Assembly: GCA_000442015.1 (NCBI GenBank)
Contig: KE561265.1
Coordinates: 124,001 to 188,000, forward strand
Origin: Rozella allomycis CSF55
Taxonomy: Eukaryota
Direction: 5' to 3'
DNA: 64,000 nucleotides
The position numbers and the translations under genes are program-made. How positions within the stretch are numbered: position 1 is the stretch's first letter; every line of letters begins with the position of its first letter. Positions 38,345 to 49,519 of the stretch are shown in pieces. Under the pieces are notes generated by a model, which made no database searches, was not told the origin of the DNA, and saw nothing but the letters and a program-made list of their open reading frames with translations.

Positions 38345-39315
38345 ATGGAAAAACAGGAACAACAAATCTATAATCTTCTTTGCTCAACTTCCGAAGGAAT
38401 GGATATGGCTGCCATCCAAGGTATAATTGAAATGCCTCTAGAAGATATCGTCAATTCAATCAACGTTCTTTCCACCAAAGGATACGTTGAATTTCTACAG
38501 TCCTCCAAAGGTATCGTATACAAAGCAATCGCAGATGTTGAAGCAAACCTGTAAATTATTTTTAGGATAAAAAATAGCTTGGGAAAGCTCGACGGTGACG
38601 AACGAATTATCTACCAATTCATAAAACAAGCAGACAATAAAGGAATCTGGACAAAAGATTTAAAATTCAAATCTAATTTACATCAAACTGTCATCACAAA
38701 AGTTTTAAAGTCTCTAGAAAGCAAAAAGATTATAAAAGCAGTCAAATCGGTCAAGGTAACGTTCTGTAAAAACATACATTAGAATTCCGTTAAAAAAGTT
38801 TATATGCTATACGATTTAACACCATCGCGCGATATAACTGGCGGAATTTGGTTTACAGAAAGCGAACTAGACGTCGAATTCATCAACACAATGTTAAATG
38901 CATGCTTCAAATTCATTCAGTCAAAAGTACCCGTTTCTAATTTATTAAATAGTCTATTCCAAAAAATAAAGATGGAATATTCTCGCCAAACTATTCCGGA
39001 TATCCTACCGCAGAGCAAGTTTTGAAAATTATCAGAGAAGCCAAAATTACTTCAACAGAAATAGAATTAGATGACATGCAGAGTTTATTAGACTGTTTAG
39101 TTTACGATGGAAGGATAGAAAGGCTAATCGGTGAAGAAATCATGTACAGGGCGTTGCCTGATCTGGACTCTCAAAATTATTACACTAGTATTCCTTGTTG
39201 TGGTTGCCCTGTAATTTTAATTGTCTTTTAATAAAAGGTTTACAATGTTTGCCATGAAAACGGGCCAGTAAATCCTGTCAACTGCGAGTATCTTAAAACA
39301 TGGCTTCAATTTTAA
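38345..39315 (+). CDS. POLR3F: RNA polymerase III subunit RPC34/RPC6
   Basis: ADNKGIWTKDLK, LESKKIIKAVKSV, YDLTPSRDITGGIWF, C-terminal IPCCGCPV...C..C Fe-S motif. Confidence 0.93.
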
Positions 39316-39450
39316 AAAAATCAATTTTAATAAATTGTATCATTAATTCAAAATTTGATGCTTAAAAGATTTCAACTTTAAATTCCTCGTTGGCAAAAGG
39401 CCAATTAATAGTCAATTTGCGAAATTTGTTTATTCGTGCTAAGGGTTGAA

Positions 39451-40524
39451 ATGATTGTATTTATGACCACAAATTTTAGAAATGGAAAAGGCTTATTATT
39501 TAAAATAAGATACAATGCTTTCATGAATGTAAAATTTCATACGAGAATGGCCCACACTTCGCTTCATCCGATCGCGCAGTCTGATATTCAGTCCAGACAT
39601 CAGGAACAGAAAAAAATATCATTGAAATGGAAGGAGCCTATCAAAATGAGTGTCATGGACAGAATAAGAATATACGCAAAATTGTCAAAATTAAAATTGG
39701 GCGGTCTCGTGGCAGCATCGTCGTTATGTGGTTATTTAATAGCTCCATCCCCATCGTTTTTAATGTTTAATGATTTTGGACTGTTGCTCTCTACCATCGT
39801 GGGCTCTTCTCTTTGTATCGGCGCGGCAAATGCTTTTAATCAGGTCCTGGAAATACCTTATGATTCACAGATGTCTAGAACTTTTTGCAGAGTATTACCA
39901 CAATTTAAAATTTCTCCGTTGGAAGCGATCCTTTTTGGCATATGTAGCTCAGTGGTTGGTTCAGCAATTCTGTACTATTTTGTCAACCCAATCGTTTTCT
40001 TTATGGGTATAGCAAACATAATCTTATATTCATTCATATATACACCGTTAAAGAGATATTCAATAGTTAACACTTGGGTAGGGGCGATTGTCGGAGCGCT
40101 CCCGCCAATGTCAGGGTGGATTGCAAAAGTTAATTATTTTGATCCTTGTTGTATATTATTAGGCGCCGTGTTGTTTTCATGGCAATTTCCACATTTCAAT
40201 TCTTTGAGTTGGAATATACGGGAACAGTATGCAAAAGCAGGTTATTGCATGATGTCCTTACTTAACCCGAAACTTAATTCGTTGACAAGCTTAAGATATT
40301 CGTGTCTCCTTATACCAATAACATGTGCATTTTCTTTAATTGGAATCAATGATTTTTGGTTCATGTTGGATGGAAATCTTCTTAATATCTTATTGGCATA
40401 TCGGGCATTCAAATTTCATCAATCTCGATCCGATCAAAATGCTAGAGTATTGTTTCGGTACACTTTATTGCATTTACCGCTTTACATGATACTTATGGTA
40501 CTACATAAAAATAAAACAATGTAA
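39451..40524 (+). CDS. COX10: Protoheme IX farnesyltransferase (heme O synthase)
   Basis: ANAFNQVLEIPYDSQMSRT, YTPLKRYSIVNTWVGAIVGALPPMSGW, WQFPHFNSL. Confidence 0.95.
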   Translation: MIVFMTTNFRNGKGLLFKIRYNAFMNVKFHTRMAHTSLHPIAQSDIQSRHQEQKKISLKWKEPIKMSVMDRIRIYAKLSKLKLGGLVAASSLCGYLIAPSPSFLMFNDFGLLLSTIVGSSLCIGAANAFNQVLEIPYDSQMSRTFCRVLPQFKISPLEAILFGICSSVVGSAILYYFVNPIVFFMGIANIILYSFIYTPLKRYSIVNTWVGAIVGALPPMSGWIAKVNYFDPCCILLGAVLFSWQFPHFNSLSWNIREQYAKAGYCMMSLLNPKLNSLTSLRYSCLLIPITCAFSLIGINDFWFMLDGNLLNILLAYRAFKFHQSRSDQNARVLFRYTLLHLPLYMILMVLHKNKTM

Positions 40525-40575
40525 TCTGTAATAACATTAAACAAAACTTATCGCACATATAAGCCACACATAATC

Positions 40576-41031
40576 ATGCAGGAAGGGCTTCATGATGACC
40601 CTCTAACACTTATGTACACCAATACGGAGAGTAAAGTATTATTTATGGTAGTATATTGAGTATATAGAACTTTTTGAAGAACTATTTTCTCTGACCTTTT
40701 CCCAAGTTGAGTACAAGCTGCCATTGTACAATAAACAACAAAAGCTGATTCCCGCGAGTAATCAAAAATTTTGATTTATTTGAGCATCGGACGAAAACAT
40801 GAAAACTAAGATCAACGAGAAGATTCAAGACATTCTAAATGCAAAAGATAATTTTGAGACCAACATTGATTCAATTTTCTGCTTATCTGTAAACAGGAAA
40901 AAAATATACTAATTTAAGAATATAAATTATGAAAATAATCAAGTTATGTACACTGAATACGTAAGAACGCTACAGGAAGGAATCCATGAATTGGAGGCTG
41001 AATTAAACAATATTTCCAACTGTTTGAAGTA
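40576..41031 (+). CDS. Small multi-exon helical hypothetical protein (weak Med21-like look)
   Basis: Open frame recovered with three 25-30 nt introns: MQEGLHDDPLTLMY...DILNAKDNFETNIDSI...LEAELNNISNCLK*. Confidence 0.45.
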
Positions 41032-41070
41032 GAAATTGCGTTGTCTATAATATTGATAAAATAAATCAAT

Positions 41071-41436
41071 TTATTGTTCTGTTTTGGAATTATCTGTCGT
41101 GCTATCTTTTGATAACGAGCTTTCTTTGGACGGTGAGGACGTATTTTGAGTCGGGTGTGAATGTGGAATAGAATCTGGTGATGGATGCAAAGATCCTACC
41201 ACTGTTGATTTCCCAGCCTTGGACATTGCGTAATCTCCAGAATCAAAATATTTTCTATCCTTAACACGCTTTAAGTTCAAAAATACCTTCAATTTATGGT
41301 TTAATAAATCCTTTCTGTTAGGAACCTTTCCATACATTTTTAGTATTCTTTGCTCTTGATCTGATAGTTCCTAAAATGATTTTTAGCCTCTTTTTACTTT
41401 CTTTTCGTCAGTTTTTGAACTATTTGTGGAGGACAT
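41071..41436 (-). CDS. Endosulfine/ARPP19/Igo1 family protein
   Basis: MYGKVP...RKYFDSGDYAMSKAG signature. Confidence 0.92.
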
Positions 41437-41762
41437 TATTTGATATACTTTTCAGAATTTCTTATTTATCTTATTCAATTCAATCCAATGGTCGCCGGTC
41501 GGAGTATTTATTTGAAATTCTAAATGTATTTCCGGTTATATAGAAGTTAATATAGTAGGATTTATAAGTGCCGGGTTTTGTTATTTTTGCATAATACTTT
41601 GATTATTCGATCATGTATGATAAGAATATTTTTTTGATATTTTTTTATCTTTTATTTTCTGCCCGCAAAAATAGTTTACTCACTTGACAGAGGAACAACG
41701 AAAAATATTTATTTATTTATTTATTGCTTTCTTTTGTATACCGTAGATGGGCCNACATAACA

Positions 41763-42441
41763 ATGCAGGACAATGACCCAACAGCGGAATTTTTGGCTAA
41801 AGAACAAGAGTTGTTAAAGTCAGTGGGTGAATCTTTCAATGAATTCACGTCGCCAATATATTCGCCGGATATAAGTATGAACCCACATGAAAGCCTAGCC
41901 AATGATGTTCAATACGTATTAAATCAAAATGTCTTTAGTTAAGTTAGGCTCTGCAATTGACAAAATGAATGTTACTCAAAATGAATCTGCGAACCCACCA
42001 GGTGACTTTTCAAATAACAGTCTAAATACTTTAGAATCGCAAAAAATTAAGTATAAATTAGATATTATCTTTATTTAGTGAATGGAAAGTTAAATTCGAC
42101 TCAATTGTTGCCGAGCGCGATCAAAAGAGTAAGGAAAGACACGAACTAATTTTAAAACAAGCAGAAGAAGACCTGAAAAAATTTTACGCTGAACATAATG
42201 ATAAGAAAATAAGAAAACACGAGTTTAATTTAAGGGAAGAAGAGGAATTTATTAAAATTCGTGACGAAGATCCGGTCGGGCACAGATGGGATGTTGTCCA
42301 TCAAATGGTACATTTTTGGTAATTTAAGAAATATAGGTGGAAAGTGTCACAAAACCTAAAGGTTCAAAAGATACTTCTCGAATGAAAGGGCTGTTCAGTG
42401 AGTTGAAGGGAAATCCCCAAGCACCAGGCAATCAGATATAA
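41763..42441 (+). CDS. CLC1: Clathrin light chain
   Basis: DPTAEFLAKEQELL, EWKVKF..IVAERDQKSKE, RWDVV, KDTSRMKGL...KGNPQAPG; three 28-29 nt introns. Confidence 0.85.
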
Positions 42442-42679
42442 AAATTTACAATGATTAATTGAATATTTGTATTGACTATTTTATACATTTTTTCATGTTT
42501 TATAATTTATTCGACAATCAATAACTATTGAATTTGAGACTAATATAAAAGCAAAACTTTTACGCAGGCAGTACTCCAGGCTCTGCTTTTAACTGCCTTT
42601 GAATTTTGATTAAAATTGTTATAAGGATTATCCCGAGAGGATTTGTAAACAAGTTTCAGACCCCTGTTAGTTTGTATTA

Positions 42680-43280
42680 ATGGTGACCGTAACAGAACTT
42701 TGTCCAGCGTATGCTCCATTCTTAGGTTGTCTCGGTGCTGCTATTTCAGTGGTTTTTTGCAGTAAATCATGACGATGATAGTAATAGGTTTTGGTGCTGC
42801 CTATGGCACCGCCAAATCAGGTGTTGGAATAAGCGCTATGGGCGTCATGAGGCCTGAACTTATTTTAAAATCTGCGGTTCCTGTCGTTATGGCAGGTATT
42901 ATAGGTATTTATGGGCTTGTTGTGTCTGCACTGATTGCAAACTCAAGTAACATTTTCTTAATAGTAATATCAGTGAGCCAGGATGGTTATAGTCTTTTTG
43001 CGTAAGTGATATAATAAATTTTAAGAGTGGGTGCATTCATCTTGGTGCTGGCCTTAGTGTTGGACTCTCTGGTCTTGCAGCCGGTTTTGCAGTAGGAGTA
43101 AAATTCTGATATCACTTAAATAAGATTGTTGGTGATGCTGGTGTAAGAGGAAGTGCCCAACAGCCAAGACTTTTTGTTGGAATGATATTAATATTGATTT
43201 TCGCTGAAGTTTTAGGGCTATACGGTCTTATTGTAGCTTTAATTCTGAACACAAGAGCTGGGGAGTCATCTTGCTCTTAA
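42680..43280 (+). CDS. VMA3: V-ATPase proteolipid subunit c
   Basis: [74 protein letters not shown]; four 26-27 nt introns. Confidence 0.96.
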
Positions 43281-43325
43281 TAAATATGATACAAGTATTC
43301 GTTATCGGTGATTTTAATTTATTTA

Positions 43326-44028
43326 TTATAGACTTTTTAAAATTAGTTTGTACGTACTAAGTATTCCAGCCCCCAATCCGCACGAAACTTGGCCTATCAT
43401 AAACCTTTCGATATGAAATACATCATATAGGCAAAATCCAAAATCAAAAAGAAGTTTGGTAAATGAAATCAATTGCATTTTTAACTTCGCTATTTCCTTT
43501 CCCTTAACACTTTCATCTTCTGAATTTTGGAGGTCTTGATATGATCTAGAAAGGGACTTCATATTTTCAAATAAATCAATATGAATACATAAGAACCATG
43601 CAAGTGCAGAGAAACGCTCTGCCTTTCTAAGAATGATCTTGTCCTTGATCAATGACATTTTCCCCAAACATACAATATCGTCAGAAATATCATTCAGAAT
43701 AGACACCAGAGCATTAACTAGTTGAATACGGTCTTCAGTATTTTTATAGCCAGTGTCCTTTTGAAGAATTTGCTTGAATTCTTTTAGTGGTTCTACAAAG
43801 TGCACTAGCCTCAATATCTTTCTGGTTTGTGATAAATTGGAAACAAGAATTTTAAGCTTTGATTCTTGCTTCACATGAAATAGTATACGCAATTTAGCCA
43901 AATACTGCACTATTTTCATTATTTTGTCTCTTCCTTCTGTTTGAGCAAAAAGTTTAGAAATTAATTTTAAACTAACTGAAAGAAATTAATGATGTAAACA
44001 TACTATAATTTGTATTATGTGAATCCAT
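43326..44028 (-). CDS. PEX11: PEX11-family peroxisomal membrane protein
   Basis: QTEGRDKIMKIVQY, LSQTRKILRL, C-terminal CGLGAGILSTYK. Confidence 0.85.
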
Positions 44029-44119
44029 CCAATGTTAAATATCCGAATTTTTTTTTAAATATACAAACTGTTTTTATTGATTAATTAAGCATTGTACTTG
44101 TTTCTTCTTGAGACGGAAG

Positions 44120-44370
44120 ATTTCATGAACCTTCGTGGAAAACGAATTTTTTACTATATTCATGAAGCTTTCAAAAGAAATTTGTGGAGAACCAGGTCAT
44201 AGCCTTGATCAATTCTGAAAATTTAATTAATAAATAAAAAATGTTGATATATTTTTTAAAAAAAGTTAAATTTTCTGAGCAGATCAAGACAATGACCTGA
44301 TTCTCTGACAAATTTCTTGAAGGCTTTATGAATATAGTACAAATTCGTTTTCCACGAAGGTTCATGAAAT
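44120..44370. repeat. Imperfect inverted repeat (~108-bp arms, AT-rich spacer)
   Basis: ATTTCATGAACCTTCGTGGAAAACGAATTT... at 44120 is the reverse complement of ...AAATTCGTTTTCCACGAAGGTTCATGAAAT ending at 44370; similarity continues inward with mismatches. Confidence 0.92.
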
Positions 44371-44568
44371 AGAATTAGGAATTTCTGGGAAAAATGTTAT
44401 CCAAATTCTTTTTGAAAAAGATTCGCAATCGAAAAACCTATGGAACACTGTTTCTTCTTTAACTTGACATTTTGAAGACATTGCAGAAACATCACTAAAC
44501 CTTGTGAATCTTTTATTAGTTAAATATACTCCATGATAAATTTTCCATAATAACTGAGTAATATACAC
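44362..44568 (-). mobile_element. Degenerate non-LTR (L1/Tx1-like) retrotransposon fragment, zf-RVT domain
   Basis: LLWKIYHGVYLTNKRF...SSKCQVKEETVFHRFFDCESFSKRIW matches the zf-RVT pattern W..H..L.T..R..CxxC..ET..H.FF.C...IW (first Cys lost); no RT core seen. Confidence 0.68.
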
Positions 44569-44746
44569 TAATAAAGATCACCTGCCACCTGGCAACTTAT
44601 CTTCATTGCAGCCGAGAATTTTGATCGATCAATCATTAATCAGTTAAGGAAGCTTAAATTTCATGTGACAGAAACATTTATTTATATTTATAAGATATAG
44701 CTTTACAACTAAAATATTTTTGAAAGTTAACCACTAATTATCAGGA

Positions 44747-46774
44747 TTAAATGAGAATGAAGTGTCCCAGTACCCTGGGGGCGTTGAAGTCGTGAGTTTG
44801 AGATTGTGGTTTTTCTTTCTTTTTCTCTGAAATTGGCCTTCTATATGAATATTTTCAAGAAACTAGAGTCTATTGAGAAGAAAGCTATTACTTTGTCGCA
44901 ACAATGACAACTCTTTTTATGGGGTATGGGCTCGGACTCAAGTTCTGGTATATCGTCAACAGGAATCGCATTAAGTATGGGTGATGATGATTTTTCTGAA
45001 ATAATAGCCGGTGAATGGCTTTTAATATCGTTTATAAAATCAGGGGCATCATGAATTTCACTTTCGCTTATTTCAAAGGATTTCGGGTTTTTCGAGTGTA
45101 AAAATAACAGCCGAATATAAATTTCTCGAAGTTTATCGTTTGGCGAAGCATTTTCATGATTTAGCTTTAATAACTCATAGATCGAATCTACAAGTAGCTT
45201 GCTGTTTGTCATGATAGTTTTCGAAATTTACAACTTACAATCCTGTAAAAAGTCAAATTTTATTTCTGCTTGCCTGACTTTTTTTCTTGTATTAACATTT
45301 CAGAAAATTCCCTGATCTTAGATGCCATGACGTGGTTTAATCTATCGTTTTGCTTTATTTTGTTCGAAAGCTGTTCTACATTTGCAGTTAACTCTACGTT
45401 TGTAGTTACAACGCTCTTGGTTAATTCCATGACCTCTTTTGACAAACTATCCAAATCATTTGGCATCGAGAAATTGATTGTGTCGCCTTTTTTGAAAGAG
45501 TCTTCTTTTCTACACTGGGACAAAATGGACTTCAACTGCTTCAACTGTTGTTCCAGCGACCTCTTGGATGATTTTTCTTTATCTAAGGCTTTTTTCAAAG
45601 CATCCTCGTACTTAGCTTTCTCTTTAATCACAGAATTCTCAATTTCCTTTTCATATTTTTTCACTGTTTCATATTTGAATTGTTCAATTTCTTGATTTAA
45701 AAGGTCAAGCTGGGCCTGATGATGGTTTTTTGTGGACTCGATTTCATCTTTCAAGGATCTTATTGTATTGTCCCGGTTCTAAATTGTTTATCGAAATTAG
45801 GATACCTCTATTTCATTTTTAATATTACCGTTGTTAATTTGGATCGCCTCTTCATATTCTTTGACTTTTCTTCTCAAATCGTCAAGTTCTGCATATAGCA
45901 AAAGTAATTCATCTTCGTCAGGTAACTTTATTCCTATATTTTTGTTAAACAAAGTGGCAATAAATCCTAAATTCAATCGACTATGACCAGACACTATATC
46001 TGCTGGAGTTACGAAGTATCTACAGTTCAATTTCTCAGCCTCTTTAAGCACTATTTCTGCTCTTTTTATGTGATCTGATTCTTTGAGAACCTGGAAGATG
46101 TTTTCTCTGTTTACTATTTTCGGGGCAATCTGCGATAATAAGATTCCATATGCCTCGCCATCAGATAAATCTTTGCTAAAATTTACAATGGATTTATTGG
46201 ATCCTGCCTTTTTCAAATGATAGTTAAACCATCGAAGCAATATCTGTTCCGATTTCAAGGACAAAAGGGTTTGAAGAGTTTCACCTTTTTGGATTAATCT
46301 TATTAATTCAGGATGAGATACCAGATTAACTTCAGCCAGAAGATTTGCTCGTATTATTTGCCATAAGAGCCCCAGAACAAGATCGCTATTCATGTCTAAC
46401 AAATCATTTGCCCCCAAATTTACAACAATCAGCTTTGCTTTTTTTGCTGCTTCAACTACAACATTTAAATTTTCTGTAACTTCAAATATGACTTTTGTTT
46501 TTGGCTGATTCAATTGCTCTAAATTGACTTTGTATGAAAGTCTTTCAAAAGCCACAGTATGAGGAAAGATATATTCTAATACATGAGCTAAAACTATTCC
46601 ATCTCTCAATTTTGTTAATAGAGTTTCTGGTTTTAATGGTAAATACGACCCTATTTTTGCAAACTCAGGAGAACCTTGTAGAATAGAATTCAAATGGTCA
46701 CAGTATGCAGAACATTCGTTGATAAACTCCTGGTCCTTCTCATACACATTTAATCCGGCTAAATTTGAAGACAT
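44747..46774 (-). CDS. Fimbrin/plastin-like single actin-binding domain (CH1-CH2) fused to a long coiled coil
   Basis: KLRDGIVL, TENLNVVVEAAK, LVLGLLWQIIR, LKSEQILLRWFNYHLKKAG, NFSKDLSDGEAY, RLNLGFIATLFN; then heptad-rich region. 3' end less certain. Confidence 0.8.
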
Positions 46775-46792
46775 TTTGAACGTAAACAAACA

Positions 46793-48976
46793 ATGACCAA
46801 TTTAGATAACTACAAAGTGACAGACTTAAGGCAGATTCCAGTACATAAAATTACTTCAACTATATATACATTAATCAGCGATAACAAGTATAATGATGTT
46901 ATCGATTTGTTGGCACCGGAGTCTACTACCTATTCAAATTCTCGCGCACTTTATTCTTTGCTTGCTTTTTGTTATTATCAAACAGAAGACTTTAATTCTG
47001 CTGCAGGTTGGTAATCTAAATCTATTTGATTTATAGTTATGAAACACTTATAAACTATTATCCCGACTACGAAGAATACAAATTGTACTTCGCCCAATGT
47101 CTGTACAAAATTGGTAAAATAGGATAATTTTGATGAAAGGCGACTATGAAGGCACTAGAAGAATAGTATCTTCGATTGTACAAGAGGACTTATTGACTGA
47201 TTCTCTAAAATTACTTGCTGCAGCACACTTCGAGGCCGATGACATATCTTCTTGCAAGAAAACAATGGAGAAATTACCAACTGGAGACATAGATTCATTA
47301 ATTAATAATGCATGCATTGCTCAAAAAGTATAATATTACATACAGCTAAACAAGGGTGGAGATTATGAAAATGCTATTAGGCAATATTTAGACATCATTA
47401 AAATATATGATAATGAGCATCATACAGACTTACTGTACAATCTAGCTCTATGCTATTACGAAATAAGGCAATATGACTTGGCATTAAAGTATATTACCGT
47501 CATCATTGAAATAACTGTCAAAAATCATCCCGAATATCTAATAGGCGTTCATATTGACACAAACAATCAAGAAGACTTAAGATATATCGAAAACAGTGAA
47601 TCGCTACATGAGAGTAGAATTATAGAAGCGTGCAATTTAAAGGCATCTATTGAATTCAAGTTAAAAAAATGTAAAGAGTTTAAAATTAAAAATAAATAGT
47701 CAAGGCCGCTAAAGATTCCCTTAATGACTTTCCTCCCAGGCTAGATATGGATATAGATCCGATCACTCTTCATAACCAAGCAATAATAAATTGCGACGAG
47801 AATCCCGAATCTTCGTTTGATAAATTACATTTCCTTTTATATCAAGATCCATCTCCGCTGACAACATTTGCAAATTTGCTTTTGCTTTACATAAAGTATC
47901 AATACGAAAATCTAGCTGCTGATGTACTTTCGGAAAATAGTCATTTGGAAAGTTTGATACCGCAAGTAGGATATTTCTTTGCTGATGAATAGCACATTCG
48001 TGAATATATAGACGCCAGGATACTTCAAGTGGTGTCTCCTCAAGATGCAGCAAAAAAGCTTGACACTTTGGTAAGTCAATCTTCGGAGATTCTTCGAAAA
48101 ATTTTACAGAAATTGCAAAATATGAGTCAGGATGCTCCAGCAGAAGAGCAAGCGAAGGTTTTGTACAGTTACGACGATCAACTAGCAAGGTTTGTTCCTT
48201 ATCTTATGGCTTTTGCTTATATCTCATGGCAAAATGGAAAATACCAGACAGTAGAAAAGATTTTCAAAACATCTGTGGAGTATTGCAACGGAATGGATTC
48301 GTGGAAAGCAAATGTGGGTCATACCTTGTACATGCAAGAAAAATATGCCGACGCTATTGGATTTTACGAGCCTATATTTATGGCCCACAAGGATAATGTA
48401 ATTTTATTTCTTATCAATGAAAGATTTTGGAAATAACACCCATAATTCTAGCTAACTTGTGCGTTTCTTACATAATGACGTCATTAAACGAAAGAGCCGA
48501 AGAAATCATGAAGATAATTGAAAAAGAGGAGGAAAAAATCACGTCACAATCTCCTGACAAGAGGATATATCACCTTTGTATTGTGAACTTAGTTATCGGT
48601 ACTCTATACTGCACAAAAGGGAATTTTGAATTTGGAATAACAAGAATAATAAAGGCCATGGAACCCTATAATAGAAAGGTAATGGAAAGTGTAATTCGAC
48701 ATGTAGCTGGGGACTGAGACTTGGATGTATGCAAAGCGTTGCATTATGTCCCTGTTGTTAACTCTATCAAAACAAATGATGATAATAAAAGAAAGCACTT
48801 GGCATGAAATAATAGATTTTTTGGAAGCCGCCGAATTATACGGTAAAAATATAGTTACTGTAGTCGACCCATTAATGCAAAACGAAACATGGGATGAAGA
48901 AAAGGAAGAGACTAGATTTATCAGCCAGGAAAGTAGAATAATTAAAAAAATGTACTTGGAAATTATGGCGGTATAA
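46793..48976 (+). CDS. TTC30: Intraflagellar transport TPR protein IFT70/TTC30/DYF-1
   Basis: TSTIYTLI, DPITLHNQAI, FANLLLLYIKY, ILANLCVSYIMTSLNERAEEIM, YHLCIVNLVIGTLYCTKGNFEFGI, TETWMYAKRC. Confidence 0.95.
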
Positions 48977-48982
48977 ATAAAT

Positions 48983-49445
48983 TTACTTTTTCATTACAAC
49001 ACACAAATAGTTGGTTGTTGCCAACAAATCTATAGGCTGCATGTGTCTTTTCATTGACATAAATGTAGGATTCATATCTATTATTACACAATCAAAGGGA
49101 AATTTGATGGAATGCACTTGATTCTCGTCAATCGTAATAGTTGCTAGAGTGTCATCCTTCTTCACTTTGAACCGTTTCAAGGAGTCGTTTTCAGTGTAAG
49201 AAAACTTTTCTTGAAATTCAGAGTTATAAGAGACAGTTTCCACTCTATTAAAATCTGCATAAATCAAGATACACCTTTTGTAACTTTGTTTTTTTGAGTT
49301 ACTCGTTCTTAACCTGCCAGCACTTTAATCTGTAGTGTGGAAAATCAAAATCTTCAGTAAAATAAGTTTGTTCTTTAATTTTTTCGTTCCATGATTCTAT
49401 TTGTTCAAGAGTCGGATTTTCTGAAGGAGTTTTTAACTCGAACAT
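48983..49445 (-). CDS. Possible Abitram/FAM206A (GcvH-like fold) protein
   Basis: TLATITIDENQVHSIKFPFDCVIIDMNP...NYLCVVMKK resembles the FAM206A C-terminus; one short intron. Confidence 0.5.
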
Positions 49446-49519
49446 AAAGGAGAAAATTTTGCAAATATTCCAATTAAATAAAAAAATAGATGTACCTAAT
49501 AAGACAAGTTATTTATTAA

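Noticed and set aside
44120-44370. Classical DNA-transposon MITE
   Set aside because: No convincing target-site duplication and the arms look LINE-derived; kept only as an alternative.
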